A stretch of DNA of 64,000 nt from the human T2T-CHM13v2.0 reference genome, Homo sapiens, in assembly GCF_009914755.1 (NCBI RefSeq), contig NC_060933.1; one strand, 5' to 3'. Position numbers and translations under genes: made by a program. The notes under the pieces were generated by a model, which worked only from the letters and a program-made list of their open reading frames with translations, had not been told where the DNA came from and ran no database searches. Each line of letters opens with the position of its first letter. The first letter of the stretch is position 1. This document shows, in pieces, positions 41,901-55,300 of this stretch.

Positions 41901-44900
41901 ACTCGGGTTGATTCCATTCCATTCCATTCCAATCCATGCCATTCCACTCGTGTTGATTCCATTCTTTCCATTCCATTCAAGTTGAATGCATTCCATTGCA
42001 TTCCATTCCATTCCATTCCCCTGCAGTCGGGTTGATTCCATTCCATTCCATTCCATTCCATTCCATTCCATTCCATTCTGTTCCGTTCCGTTCCATTCCA
42101 TTCCATTCCATTCTATTCGGGTTAATTCCATTCCATTCCATTCCATTCCATTCCAATCGAATTGATTCCATTCCATTCCATTCCATTCCATTCCATTCCA
42201 TTCCATTCCAGTCCTTTCCATTCCATTCCACTCGGGTTGATTCCAATGTATTCCTTTCCATTCCATTCCATTCCATTGAAATCGAGTTGATTCCATTGCT
42301 TTGCATTCCATTCCATTCCATTCCATTCCGGATGATTCCATTCCATTGCATTCCATTCCATTCCATTCCCCTGCACTCGGGTTGATTCCATTCCATTCCA
42401 CTCCATTCCGTTCCATTCCATTCCATTCCATTGTATTCGGGTTAATTCCATTCCATTCCATTCCATTCCATTCCATTCCATTCCATTCCATTCCATTACA
42501 ATCGAGTTGATTCCATTCCATTCCATTCCATTCCATTCCATTCCAGTCCTTTCCATTCCATTCCATTCCATTCTATTCGGTTTAATTCCATTCCATTCCA
42601 TTCCATTCCATTCCATTCTATTCCATTCCATTCCCTTCCTTTCCTTTCCGTTCCGTTCCATTCCATTCCATTCCATTCCATTCCATTCCATTCTATTCCA
42701 TTCCATGGCAATCGAGTTGAATGCATTGCATTCCATTCCATTCCATTCCATTCCATTCCATTCCATTCCATTCCATTCCGGAAGATTCCATTCCATTGCA
42801 TTCCATTCCATTCCATTCCATTCCATTCCATTCCATTCCATTCCATTCCATTTCATTGTACTCGGGTTGATTCCATTCCATTGCATTCCATTCCACTACA
42901 TTCCATTCCATTCCGTTGCATTCCATTCCATTACATTCGGATTGATTCTATTCAACCCCCTTACTCTCCATTACATTCCATTCCATTCGGGTTGTTCCAT
43001 TATATTCCATTCCATTCCACTCCATTCCATTGCTCTCGGGTTGATTCCATTCCATTCCATTCCATTCCATTCCATTCCATTACGGATGATTCCATTCCAT
43101 TGCATTCCGTTCCATTACATTCCCCTAAACTCGCGTTGATTCCATTCCATTCCATTCCATTCCATTCCATTCCGTTCCATTACAATTCGCTCCATTCCAT
43201 TCTATTCCATACCATTCCATTCCATTCCATACCATTCCATTGCATTCCATTCCATTCCATTCCGTTCCATTCCGTTCCATTCCATTCCATTCCATTCCAT
43301 TCGGGTTAATTCCATTCCATTCCATTCCATTCCATTCCATTCCATTCCATTCTATTCCATTCCATTGCAATCGAGTTGAATCCATTGCATTTCATTCCAT
43401 TCCATTCCATTCCGGAAGATTCCATTCCATTGCATTCCATTCCATTCCATTCCCCTGCACTCGCGTTGATTCCATTCCATTCCATTCCATTCCATTCCAT
43501 TCCATTCCGTTCCATTCCGTTCCATTCCATTCCATTCCATTCCGTTCCGTTACATTCCATTCCATTCCATTCTATTCGGGTTAATTCCATTCCATTCCAT
43601 TCGATTGCAATCGAGTTGATTCCATTCCATTCCATTCCATTCCATTCCATTCCATTCCTTTCCATTCCATTACGGATGATTCCATTCCATTGCATTCCAT
43701 TCCATTCCATTCCCCTGTACTCGGCTTGATTCCATTCCATTCTATTCCAATCCATGCCATTCCACTCGTGTTGATTCCATTCTTTCCATTCCATTCAAGT
43801 TGAATCCATTCCATTGCATTCCATTCCATTCGATTCCATTCGATTGCACTCGGATTGATTCCATTCCATTGCATTCCATTCCATTCCATTCCATTCCATT
43901 CCATTCCATTCCATTCCCTTCCATTCCATTCCATTACATTCGGATTCATTCTATTCAACTCCCTTACTCTCCATTCCATTCCATTCCATTCGGGTTGTTC
44001 CATTCCATTCCATTCCATTCCATTCCATTCCATTGCACTCGGGTTTATTCCATTCCATTCCATTCCATTCCATTCCATTCCGGAAGATTCCATTCCATTG
44101 CATTCCATTCCATTCCATTCCCCTGCACTCGCGTTGATTCCATTCCATTCCATTCCATTCCATTCCATTCCATTCCATTCCATCCCTTTCCGTTACATTC
44201 CATTCCATTCCATTCCATTCCAATCCATTCCATTCCGTTCCGTTCCATTCCATTCCAATCCATTCCATTCTATTCGGTTTAATTCCATTCCATTCCATTT
44301 GATTGCAATCGAGTTGATTCCATTCCATTCCATTCCATTCCATTCCATTCCATTATATTCCTTTCCATTCCATTACGGATGATTCCATTCCATTGCATTC
44401 CATTCCATTCCATTCCCCTGTAATCGGGTTGATTCTATTCCATTCCATTCCAATCCATGCCATTCCACTCGTGTTGATTCCATTCTTTCCATTCCATTCA
44501 AGTTGAATCCATTCCATTGCATTCCATTCCATTCCATTCCCCTGCAGTCGGGTTGATTCCATTCCATTCCATTCCATTCCATTCCATTCCATTCCATTCC
44601 ATTCCGTTCCGTTACATTCCATTCCACTCCATTCTCTTCGGGTTAATTCCATTCCATTCCATTACATTCCATTCCATTCCAATCGAGTTGATTCCATTCC
44701 ATTCCATTCCATTCCATTCCACTCCATTCCACTCCTTTCCATTCCATTCCACTCGGGTTGATTCCAATGTATTCCTTTCCATTCCATTCCATTCCATTGC
44801 AATCGAGTTGATTCCATTGCTTTGCATTCCATTCCATTCCATTCCATTCCGGATGATTCCATTCCGTTGCATTCCATACCATTCTAATCCCCTGCACTCG

Positions 44901-47900
44901 GGTTGATTCCATTCCATTCCACTCCATTCTGTTCCATTCCATTCCATTCCATTGTATTCGGGTTAATTCCATTCCATTCCATTCCATTCCATTCCATTCC
45001 ATTACAATCGAGTTGATTCCATTCCATTCCATTCCATTCCAGTCCTTTCCATTCCACTCCACTCGGGTTGATTCCATTCTATTAGTTTCCATTCCATTCC
45101 ATTCCCTTCCATTCCAATCTGGTTGATTCCATTCCTTTCCATTCCACTCGAATACATTCCCTCCTATTCCACTCGGAACGATTCCATTCCATTCCATTCC
45201 ATTCCATTGTACTCGGGTTGATTCCATTCCATTGCATTCCATTCCATTCCATTCCATTCCATTCCGTTGCATTCCATTCCATTACATTCGGATTCATTCT
45301 ATTCAACTCCCTTACTCTCCATTACATTCCATTCCATTCGGGTTGTTCCATTCCATTCCATTCCATTCCATTCCATTCCATTTCACTCGGGTTGATTCCA
45401 TTCCATTCCATTCCTTTCCATTCCATTCCATTCCGGATGATTCCATTCCATTGCATTCCGTTCCATTACATTCCCCTGCTCTCGCGTTGATTCCATTCCA
45501 TTCCATTCCATTCCATTCAATCCCATTCCATTACAGTTCGTTCCATTCCATTCTATTCCGTACCATTCCATTCCATTCCATACCATTCCATTCCATTCCA
45601 TTCCATTCCATTCCATTCGGTTCCATTCCGTTCCATTCCATTCCATTCCATTCTATTCGGATTAATTCCATTCCATTCCATTCCATTCCATTCTATTCCA
45701 TTCCATTGCAATCGAGTTGAATCCATTGCATTTCATTCCATTGCATTCAATTCCATTCCATTCCGGAAGATTCCATTCCATTGCATTCCATTCCATTCCA
45801 TTCCCCTGCACTCGCTTTGATTCCATTCCATTCCATTCCATTCCATTCCATTCCATTCCGTTCCGTTCCATTCCATTCAATTCCATTCCATTCCATTCCA
45901 TTCCGTTCCGTTCCATTCCATTCCATTCCATTCTATTCGGGTTAATTCCATTCCATTCCATTCGATTGCAATCGAGTTGATTCCATTCCATTCCATTCCA
46001 TTCCATTCCATTCCATTCCATTCCATTCCATTACTTTCCATTCCATTACGGATGATTCCATTCCATTGCATTCCATTGCATTCCATTCCCCTGTACTCAG
46101 GTTGATTCCATTCCATTCCATTCCATCCCATGCCATTCCACTCGTGTTGATTCCATTCCATTCCATTCCATTCCATTCGATTCCATTCCATTCCAATTCT
46201 TTCCATTCCATTTTATTCCGTACCATTCCATTCCATTCCATACAATTCCATTCCACTCCATTCCACTCTGTTCCGTTCCGTTCTGTTCCGTTCCGTTCCA
46301 TTCCATTCCATTCCATTCTATTCGGTTTAATTCCATTCCATTACATTCCGTTCCATTGCAATCGAGTTGAATCCATTGCATTCCATTCCATTCCATTCCA
46401 TTCCATTCCATTCCATTCCGGAAGATTCCATTCCATTGCATTCCATTCCATTCCATTCCATTCCATTCCATTCCATTCCATTCCATTCCATTGTAGTCGG
46501 GTTGATTCCATTCCATTGCATTCCATTCCATTCCATTCCATTCCATTCCATTCGGTTCCATTCCATTCCATTCCATTCGGATTGATTCTTTTCAACTCCC
46601 TTACTCTCCATTACATTCCATTTCATTCGGGTTGTTCCATTCCATTCCATTCCATTCCACTCCATTCCATTGCAATCGGGTTGATTCCATTCCATTCCAT
46701 TGCATTCCATTCCGGATGATTCCATTGCATTCCGTTCCATTACATTCCCCAGCACTCGCGTTGATTCCATTCCATTCCATTCCATTCCATTCCGTTCCGT
46801 TCCGTTCCATTCCATTCCATTCCATTCTATTCGGGTTAATTCCATTCCATTCCATTCGATTGCAATCGAGTTGATTCCATTCCATTCCATTCCATTCCAT
46901 TCCATTCCATTCCATTCCAGGCCTTTCCATTCCATTACTGATGATTCCATTCCATTGCATTCCATTCCATTCCATTCCCCTGTACTCGGGTTGATTCCAT
47001 TCCATTCCATTCCAATCCATGACATTCCACTCGTGTTGATTCCATTCTTTCCTTTCCATTCAAGTTGAATCCATTCCATTGCATTCCATTCCATTCGATT
47101 CCATTCGATTGCACTCGGGTTGATTCCATTCCATTGCATTCCATTCCATTCCATTCCATTCCATTCCATTCCGTTCCATTCCATTTCATTACATTCAGAT
47201 TGATTCTATTCAATTCCCTTACACTCCATTATATTCCAATCCATTCTGGTTGTTTCCATTCCATTCCATTCCATTTCACTCCATTCAATTGCACTCGGGT
47301 TGATTCCATTCCATTCCATTCCATTCCATTCCATTCCGGATGATTCCATTCCATTGCATTCCATTCCATTCCATTCCCCTGCACTCGTGTTGATTCCATT
47401 CCATTCCATTACATTACATTCGGTTCCATTACATTCCATTCTATTCGGATTTATTCTATTCAATTCCCTTACACTTCATTACATTCCATTCCATTCGGGT
47501 AGTTTCCATTCCATTCCATTCCTTTCCTCTCTATTCCATTGCACTCGGGTTGATTCCATTCCATTCCATTCCATTCCATTCCATTCCATTCCATTCCATT
47601 CCTTTCCATTCCATGCCTTTCCATTTCATTCCATTCCATTGTACTCGTGTTGATTCCATTCCATTGCATTCCATTCCATTCCATTCCATTCCGTTCCGTT
47701 CCATTCCATTCCATTACATTCGGATTGATTCTATTCAACTCCCTTACTCTCCATTACATTCGATTCCATTCTGGTTGTTCCATTCCATTCCATTCCATTC
47801 CAATCCATTCCATTGCACTCGGGTTTATTCCATTCCATTCCATTCCATTCCGGAAGATTCCATTCCATTGCATTCCATTACATTCCGTTCCCCTGCACTC

Positions 47901-49379
47901 GCGTTGATTCCATTCCATTCCATTCCATTCCAATCCATTCCATTCCATTCCATTCCATTCCATTCCTTTCCGTTCCATTCCATTCCATTCCATTCCATTC
48001 CATTCCATTCCATTCCGTTCCGTTCCGTTCCATTCCATTCCATTCCATTCTATTCGGGTTAATTCCATTCCATTCCATTCGATTTCAATCGAGTTGATTC
48101 CATTCCATTCCATTGCATTCCATTCCATTCCCCTGTACTCGGGTTGATTCCATTCCATTCCATTCTAATCCATGCCATTCCACTCGTGTTGATTCCATTC
48201 TTTCCATTCCATTCAAGTTGAATCCATTCCATTGCATTCCATTCCATTCGATTCCATTCGATTGCATTCGGGTTGATTCCATTCCATTGCATTCCATTCC
48301 ATTCCATTTCATTCCATTCCATTCCTTTCCATTCCATTCCATTCCTTTCCTTTCCATTGCAATCGAGTTGATTCCATTCCATTCCTTTCCATTCCATTCC
48401 ATTGCCTTGCATTCCACTCGGGTTGATTCCATTCCCTTCATTCCACTCCATTACATTCCCTTCCATTCAACTCGGAATGATTGATTCCATTCCATTCCAT
48501 TCCATTTCATTCCATTGCAATCCATTCCAATCCATTCCATTCCATTCCATTCCACTCGAGTTGACTTCATTCCATTCCTTTCCATTCCATTCCATTCCTT
48601 TCCACTCGAGTTGATTCCATTCCATTCCATTCCATTGCATTCCATTCCATGCCATTCCACTCGGGTTGATTCCATTCCATTCCATTCCATTCCATTCCAT
48701 TCCATTCCATTCCATTCCATTGCATTCCATTCCATTCCATTCCATTGCATTCCATTCCATTCCATTCCCCTGCACTCGGGTTGATTCCATTCCATTCCAT
48801 TCCATTCCATTTCATTCCATTCCATTCCATTCCATTCCATTCCATTCCATTCCATTCCATTCCATTCCATTCCATTTCGTTCCATTCTATTCTATTCCGT
48901 ATCATTCCATTCCATTCCATTCCATTCCATTCCAGTCCATTCCACTCCATTCCATTCCATTCCATTCCATTCCATTCCACTCGTGTTGATTCCATTCCTT
49001 TCCATTCCATTAGGTTTGAAGGCATTCCATTCCATTCCATTCCATTCCATTCCATTCCATTCCATTCCATTCCATTCCATTGTACTCGGGTTGATTCCAT
49101 TCCATTGCATTCCATTCCATTCCATTCCGGATGACTCCATTCCATTGCATTCCATTCCATTCCATTCCCCTGCACTCGGGTTGATTCCATTAAATTCCAT
49201 TCCATTACATTCCGTTCCATTCCATTCCATTCCATTCGGATTGATTCTATTCAATTCCCTTACACTCCATTACATTCCATTCCATTCGGGTATTTTCTTT
49301 CCATTCCATTCCATTCCTCTCCATTCCATTGCACTCGGGTTGATTCCATTCCATTCCATTCCATTCCATTCCATTCCGG

Positions 49380-52300
49380 ATGATTCCATTCCATTGCATT
49401 CCGTTCCATTACATTCCCCTGCACTCGCGTTGATTCCATTCCATTCCATTCCATTCCATTGAATTCCATTCCATTACAATTCCTTCCATTCCATTCTATT
49501 CCGTACCATTCCATTCCATTCCATACCATTCCATTGCATTCCATTCCATTCCATTCCATTCCACTCCATTCCACTCCTTTCTAGTCCTTTCCATTCCATT
49601 CCAATCAGGTTGATTCCATTCTATTCCTTTCCATTCCATTCCTTTCCATTGCAATCGAGTTGATTCCATTGCTTTGCATTCCATTCCATTCCATTCCATT
49701 CCGGATGATTCCATTCCATTGCATTCCATTCCATTCCATTACCCTGCACTCGTGTTGAATCCATTCCATTCCACTCCATTCCGTTCCATTCCATTCCATT
49801 CCATTACATTCCATTGTATTCGGGTTAATTCCATTCCATTCCATTCCATTCCATTCCATTCCATTCCATTCCATTCCATTACAATCGAGTTGATTCCATT
49901 CCATTCCATTCCATTCCATTCCAGTCCTTTCCATTCCATTCCACTCGGGTTGATTCCAGTCTATTAGTTTCCATTCCATTCCATTCCCTTCCATTCCACT
50001 CTGGTTGATTCCATTCCTTTCCATTCCACTCGAATACATTCCCTCCTATTCCACTCCGAACGATTCCATTCCATTCCATTCCATTCCATTCCATTCCATT
50101 CCGTTCCATTCCATTCCATTACATTCGGATTGATACTATTCAATTCCCTTACACTCCATTACATTCCATTCCATTCGGGTAGTTTCCATTCCATTCCATT
50201 CCATTCCTCTCCATTCCATTGCACTCGGGTTGATTCCACTCCATTGCATTCCATTCCATTCCATTCAATTCCATTCCGTTCCATTCCATTCCATTACATT
50301 CGGATTGATTCTATTCAACTCCCTTACTCTCCATTACATTCCATTCCATTCGGGTTGTTCCATTCCATTCCATTCCATTCCACTCCATTCCATTGCACTC
50401 GGGTTGATTCCATTCCATTCCATTCCATTCCATTCCATTCCATTCCGGATGATTCCATTCCATTACATTCCGTTCCATTACATTCCCTTGCACTCGGGTT
50501 GATTCCATTCCATTCCATTCCATTCCATTCGATTCCATTCCATTCCAATTCTTTCCATTCCATTCTATTCCTTACCATTCCATTCCATTCCATACAACTG
50601 CATTCCATTCCATTCCATTCCGTTCCGTTCCGTTCCGTTCCGTTCCGTTCCATTCCATTCCATTCCATTCTATTCGGGTTAATTCCATTCCATTCCATTC
50701 CATTCCATTCTATTCCATTCCATTGCAATCGAGTTGAATCCATTGCATTCCATTCCATTCCATTCCGGAAGATTCCATTGCATTGCATTCCATTCCATTC
50801 CATTCCCCTGCACTCGTGTTGATTCCATTCCATTCCATTCCATTCCATTCCATTCCGAACCGTTCCGTTCCATTCCATTCCATTCCATTCCATTCTATGC
50901 GGGTTAATTCCATTCCATTCCATTCGATTGCAATCGAGTTGATTCCATTCCATTCCATTCCATTCCATTCCATTCCTTTCCATTACATTACGTATGATTC
51001 CATTCCATTTCATTCCATTCCATTCCATTCCCTTGTACTCGGGTTGATTCCATTCCATTCCATTCCAATCCATGCCATTCCACTCGTGTTGATTCCATTC
51101 TTTCCATTCCATTCAAGTTGAATCCATTCCATTGCATTCCATTCCATTCGATTCCATTCGATTGCACTTGGGTTGATTCCATGGCTTTGCATTCCATTCC
51201 ATTCCATTCCATTCCTTTCCATTCCATTCCATTCCATTCGGATTCATTCTATTCAATTCCCTTACACTCCATTACATTCCATTCCATTCGGGTAGTTTCC
51301 ATTCCATTCCATTCCATTCCTCTCCATTCCATTGCACTCGGGTTGATTCCATTCCATTCCATTCCATTCCTTTCCATTCCATTCCATTCCATTCCGGATG
51401 ATTCCATTCCATTGAATTCCATTCCATTCCATTCCCCTGCACTTGGGTTGATTCCATTCCATTCCATTCCATTCCTTTCTGTTCCATTCCATTCCATTCC
51501 ATTCCATTCTATTCGTGTTAATTCCATTCCATTCTATTCCATTCCATTCCATTGAATTCGAGTTGATTCCATTCCATTCCATTCCATTCCATTCCATTCC
51601 ATTCCATTCCGGATGATTCCATTGCATTGCATTCCATTCCATTCCATTCCCCTGCACTCGGGTTGATTCCATTCGATTCCATTGCATTACATTCCGTTCC
51701 ATTCCGTTCCATTTCATTCTATTCGGGTTAATTCCATTCCATTGCATTCCACTCCATTCCAGTCCTTTCCATTCCATTCCACTCGGGTTGATTCCATTCT
51801 CTTCCTTTCCATTCCATTCCATTCCATTGCAATCGAGTTGATTCCATTCGAGTTGAATCCATTCCATTCCATTCCATTCCATTGCACACGGGTTCATTCC
51901 ATTCCATTCCATTCCATTCCATTCCATTCCATTTCATTCCATTCCATTCTATTCCGTACCATTCCATTCCATCCGATTCCATTGCGTTCCATTCCATGCC
52001 ATTACACTCGGGTTGATTCCATTCCTTTCCATTCCTTTCTTGTTGAATCCATTCCATTCCATTCCATTCCATTCGAATCCATTCCATTGCACTCGGGTTG
52101 ATTCCATTCCATTCCATTCCATTCCATTTCATTCCATTCCATTCCATTACATTCGGATTGATTCTATTCAATTCCCTTACACTCCGTTACATTCCATTCC
52201 ATTCGGGATGTTTCTATTCCATTCCATTCCATTCCACTCCATTCCATTGCATCAGGTTGATGGCATTCCATTCCATTCCATTCCATTCCGGATGATTCCA

Positions 52301-55300
52301 TTCCATTGCATTCCATTCCATTCCATTCCCCTGCACTCGGGTTGATTCCATTCCATTCCATTCCATTCCATTCCATTCCATTCCGTTCCATTCCATTCCA
52401 TTCCATTCTATTCTGGTTAATTCCATTCCATTGCATTCGATTCCATTCCATTGCCTTCCATTCCATTGCAATCGAGTTGATTCCATTCCATTCCATTCCA
52501 TTCCGTTCCGGATGATTCCATTCCATTCCATTCCATTCCATTCCATACCATTCCCCGGCAGTCGGGTTAATTCCATTCCATTCCATTCCATTCCATTCCA
52601 TTCCATTCCATTCCATTCCGTTCCATTCCATTCCATTCCATTCTATTCGGGTTAATTCCATTCCATTCCATTCCATTCCATTCCATTCCATTCCATTCCA
52701 ATCGAGTTGATTCCATTCCATTCCATTCGATTCCATTCCATTCCACTCCATTCCAGTCCTTTCCATTCCATTACACTCGGGTTGATTCCATTCTATTCCT
52801 TTCCATTCCATTCCATTCCATTGCAATCGAGTTGATTCCATGGCTTTGCATTCCATTCCATTCCATTCCATTCCGGATGATTCCATTCCATTGCATTCCG
52901 TTCCATTACATTCCCCTGCACTCGGGTTGATTCCATTCCATTCCATTCGATTCCATTCCATTCCATTCCATTCCATTCCATTCCTTTCCATTATATTACG
53001 GATGATTCTATTCCATTGCATTCCATTCCATTCCATTCCCCTGTACTCGGGTTGATTCCAATCCATTCCATTCCATTCCAATCCATGCCATTCCACTCGT
53101 ATTGATTCCATTGTTTTCATTCCATTCAAGTTGATTCCATTCCATTGCATTCCATTCCAGTCCATTCCATTCCATTCCATTCCATTCCGTTCCATTCCAT
53201 TCCATTCCATTCGGATTGATTCTATTCAATTCCCTTACACTCCATTACATTCCATTCCATTCGGGTAGTTTCCATTCCATTCCATTCCATTCCTCTCCAT
53301 TCCATTGCACTCGGGTTGATTCCATTCCATTGCATTCCATTCCATACCGTTCAATTCCATTCCATTCCATTCCATTCCATTACATTCGGATTGATTCTAT
53401 TCAACTCCCTTACTCTCCATTACATTCGATTCCATTCGGGTTGTTCCATTCCATTCCATTCCATTCCACTCCATTCCATTGCACTCGGGTTGATTCCATT
53501 CAATTCCATTCCATTCCATTCCATTCCATTCCATTCCATTCCGTTCCGGAAGATTCCATTCCATTGCATTCCATTCCATTCCATTCCCCTGTACTCACGT
53601 TGATTCCATTCCATTCCATTTCATTCCATTCCATTCCATTCCATTCCATTCCATTCCATTCCTTTCCGTTCCATTCCATTCCATTCCATTCCATTCCATT
53701 CCGTTCCGTCCCGTTCCGTTCCATTGCATTCCATTCCATTCTATTCGGGTTAATTCCATTCCATTCCATTCGATTGCAATCGAGTTGATTCCATGCCATT
53801 CCATTCCATTCCATTCCATTCCATTCCATACCTTTCCATTCCATTACGGATGATTCCATTGCATTGCATTCCATTCCATTCCTTTCCCCTGTACTCGGGT
53901 TGATTCCATTCCATTCCATTCCAATCCATGCCATTCCACTCGTGTTGATTCCATTCTTTCCATTCCATTCAAGTTGAATCCATTCCATTGCTTTCCATTC
54001 CATTCCATTCCCCTGCAGTCGGGTTGATTCCATTCCATTCCATTCCATTCCATTCCATTCCATTCCATTTCATTCCGTTCCGTTCGGTTCCGTTCCATTC
54101 CATTCCATTCCATTCTATTCGGGTTAATTCCATTCCATTCCATTCCATTCCAATCGAGTTGATTCTATTCCATTCCATTCCATTCCATTCCACTCCATTC
54201 CAGTCCATTCCATTCCACTCCACTCGGGTTGATTCCAATGTATTCCTTTCCATTCCATTCCATTCCATTGCAATCGAGTTGATTTCATTGCTTTGCATTC
54301 CATTCCATTCCATTCCATTCCGGATGATTCCATTCCATTGCATTCCATTCCATTCCATTCCTCTGCACTCGGGTTGATTCCATTCCATTCCACTCCATTC
54401 CGTTCCATTCCATTCCATTCCATTGTATTCGGGTTAATTCCATTCCATTTCAGTCCATTCCATTCCATTCCATTCTATTACAATCGAGTTGATTCCATTC
54501 CATTCCATTCCATTCCATTCCAGTCCTTTCCATTCCATTCCACTCGGGTTGATTCCATTCTATTTGTTTCCATTCCATTCCATTCCCTTCCATTCCACTC
54601 TGCTGATTCCATTCCTTTCCATTCCACTCGAATACATTCCCTCCTATTCCACTCGGAACGATTCCATTCCATTCCATTCCATTCCATTCCATTCCATTCC
54701 ATTCCATTTCGTTCCATTGCATTCTATTCCGTATCATTCCATTCCATTCCATTCCATTCCATTCCATTCCACTCGTGTTGATTGCATTCCTTTCCATTGC
54801 ATTAGGTTTGAAGGCATTCCATTCCATTCCATTCCATTCCATTCCATTCCATTCCATTCCATTCCATTCCATTGTACTCGGGTTGATTCCATTCCATTGC
54901 ATTCCATTCCATTCCATTCCGGATGATTCCCTTCCATTGCATTCCTTTCCTTTCCATTCCCCTGCACTCGGGTTGATTCCATTCCATTCCAATCCATTAC
55001 ATTCCGTTCCATTCCATTCCATTCCATTCGGATTGATTCTATTCAATTCCCTTACACTCCATTACATTCCATTCCATTCGGGTAGTTTCCATTCCATTCC
55101 ATTCCATTCCTCTCCATTCCATTGCACTCGGGTTGATTCCATTCCATTCCATTCCATTCCATTCCATTCCATTCCATTCCATTCCATTCCGTTCCATTGT
55201 ACTCGGGTTGATTCCATTCCATTGCATTCCATTCCATTCCATTCCATTCCATTCCATTCCATTCCATTCCATTCCGTTCCATTCCATTACTTTCGAATTG

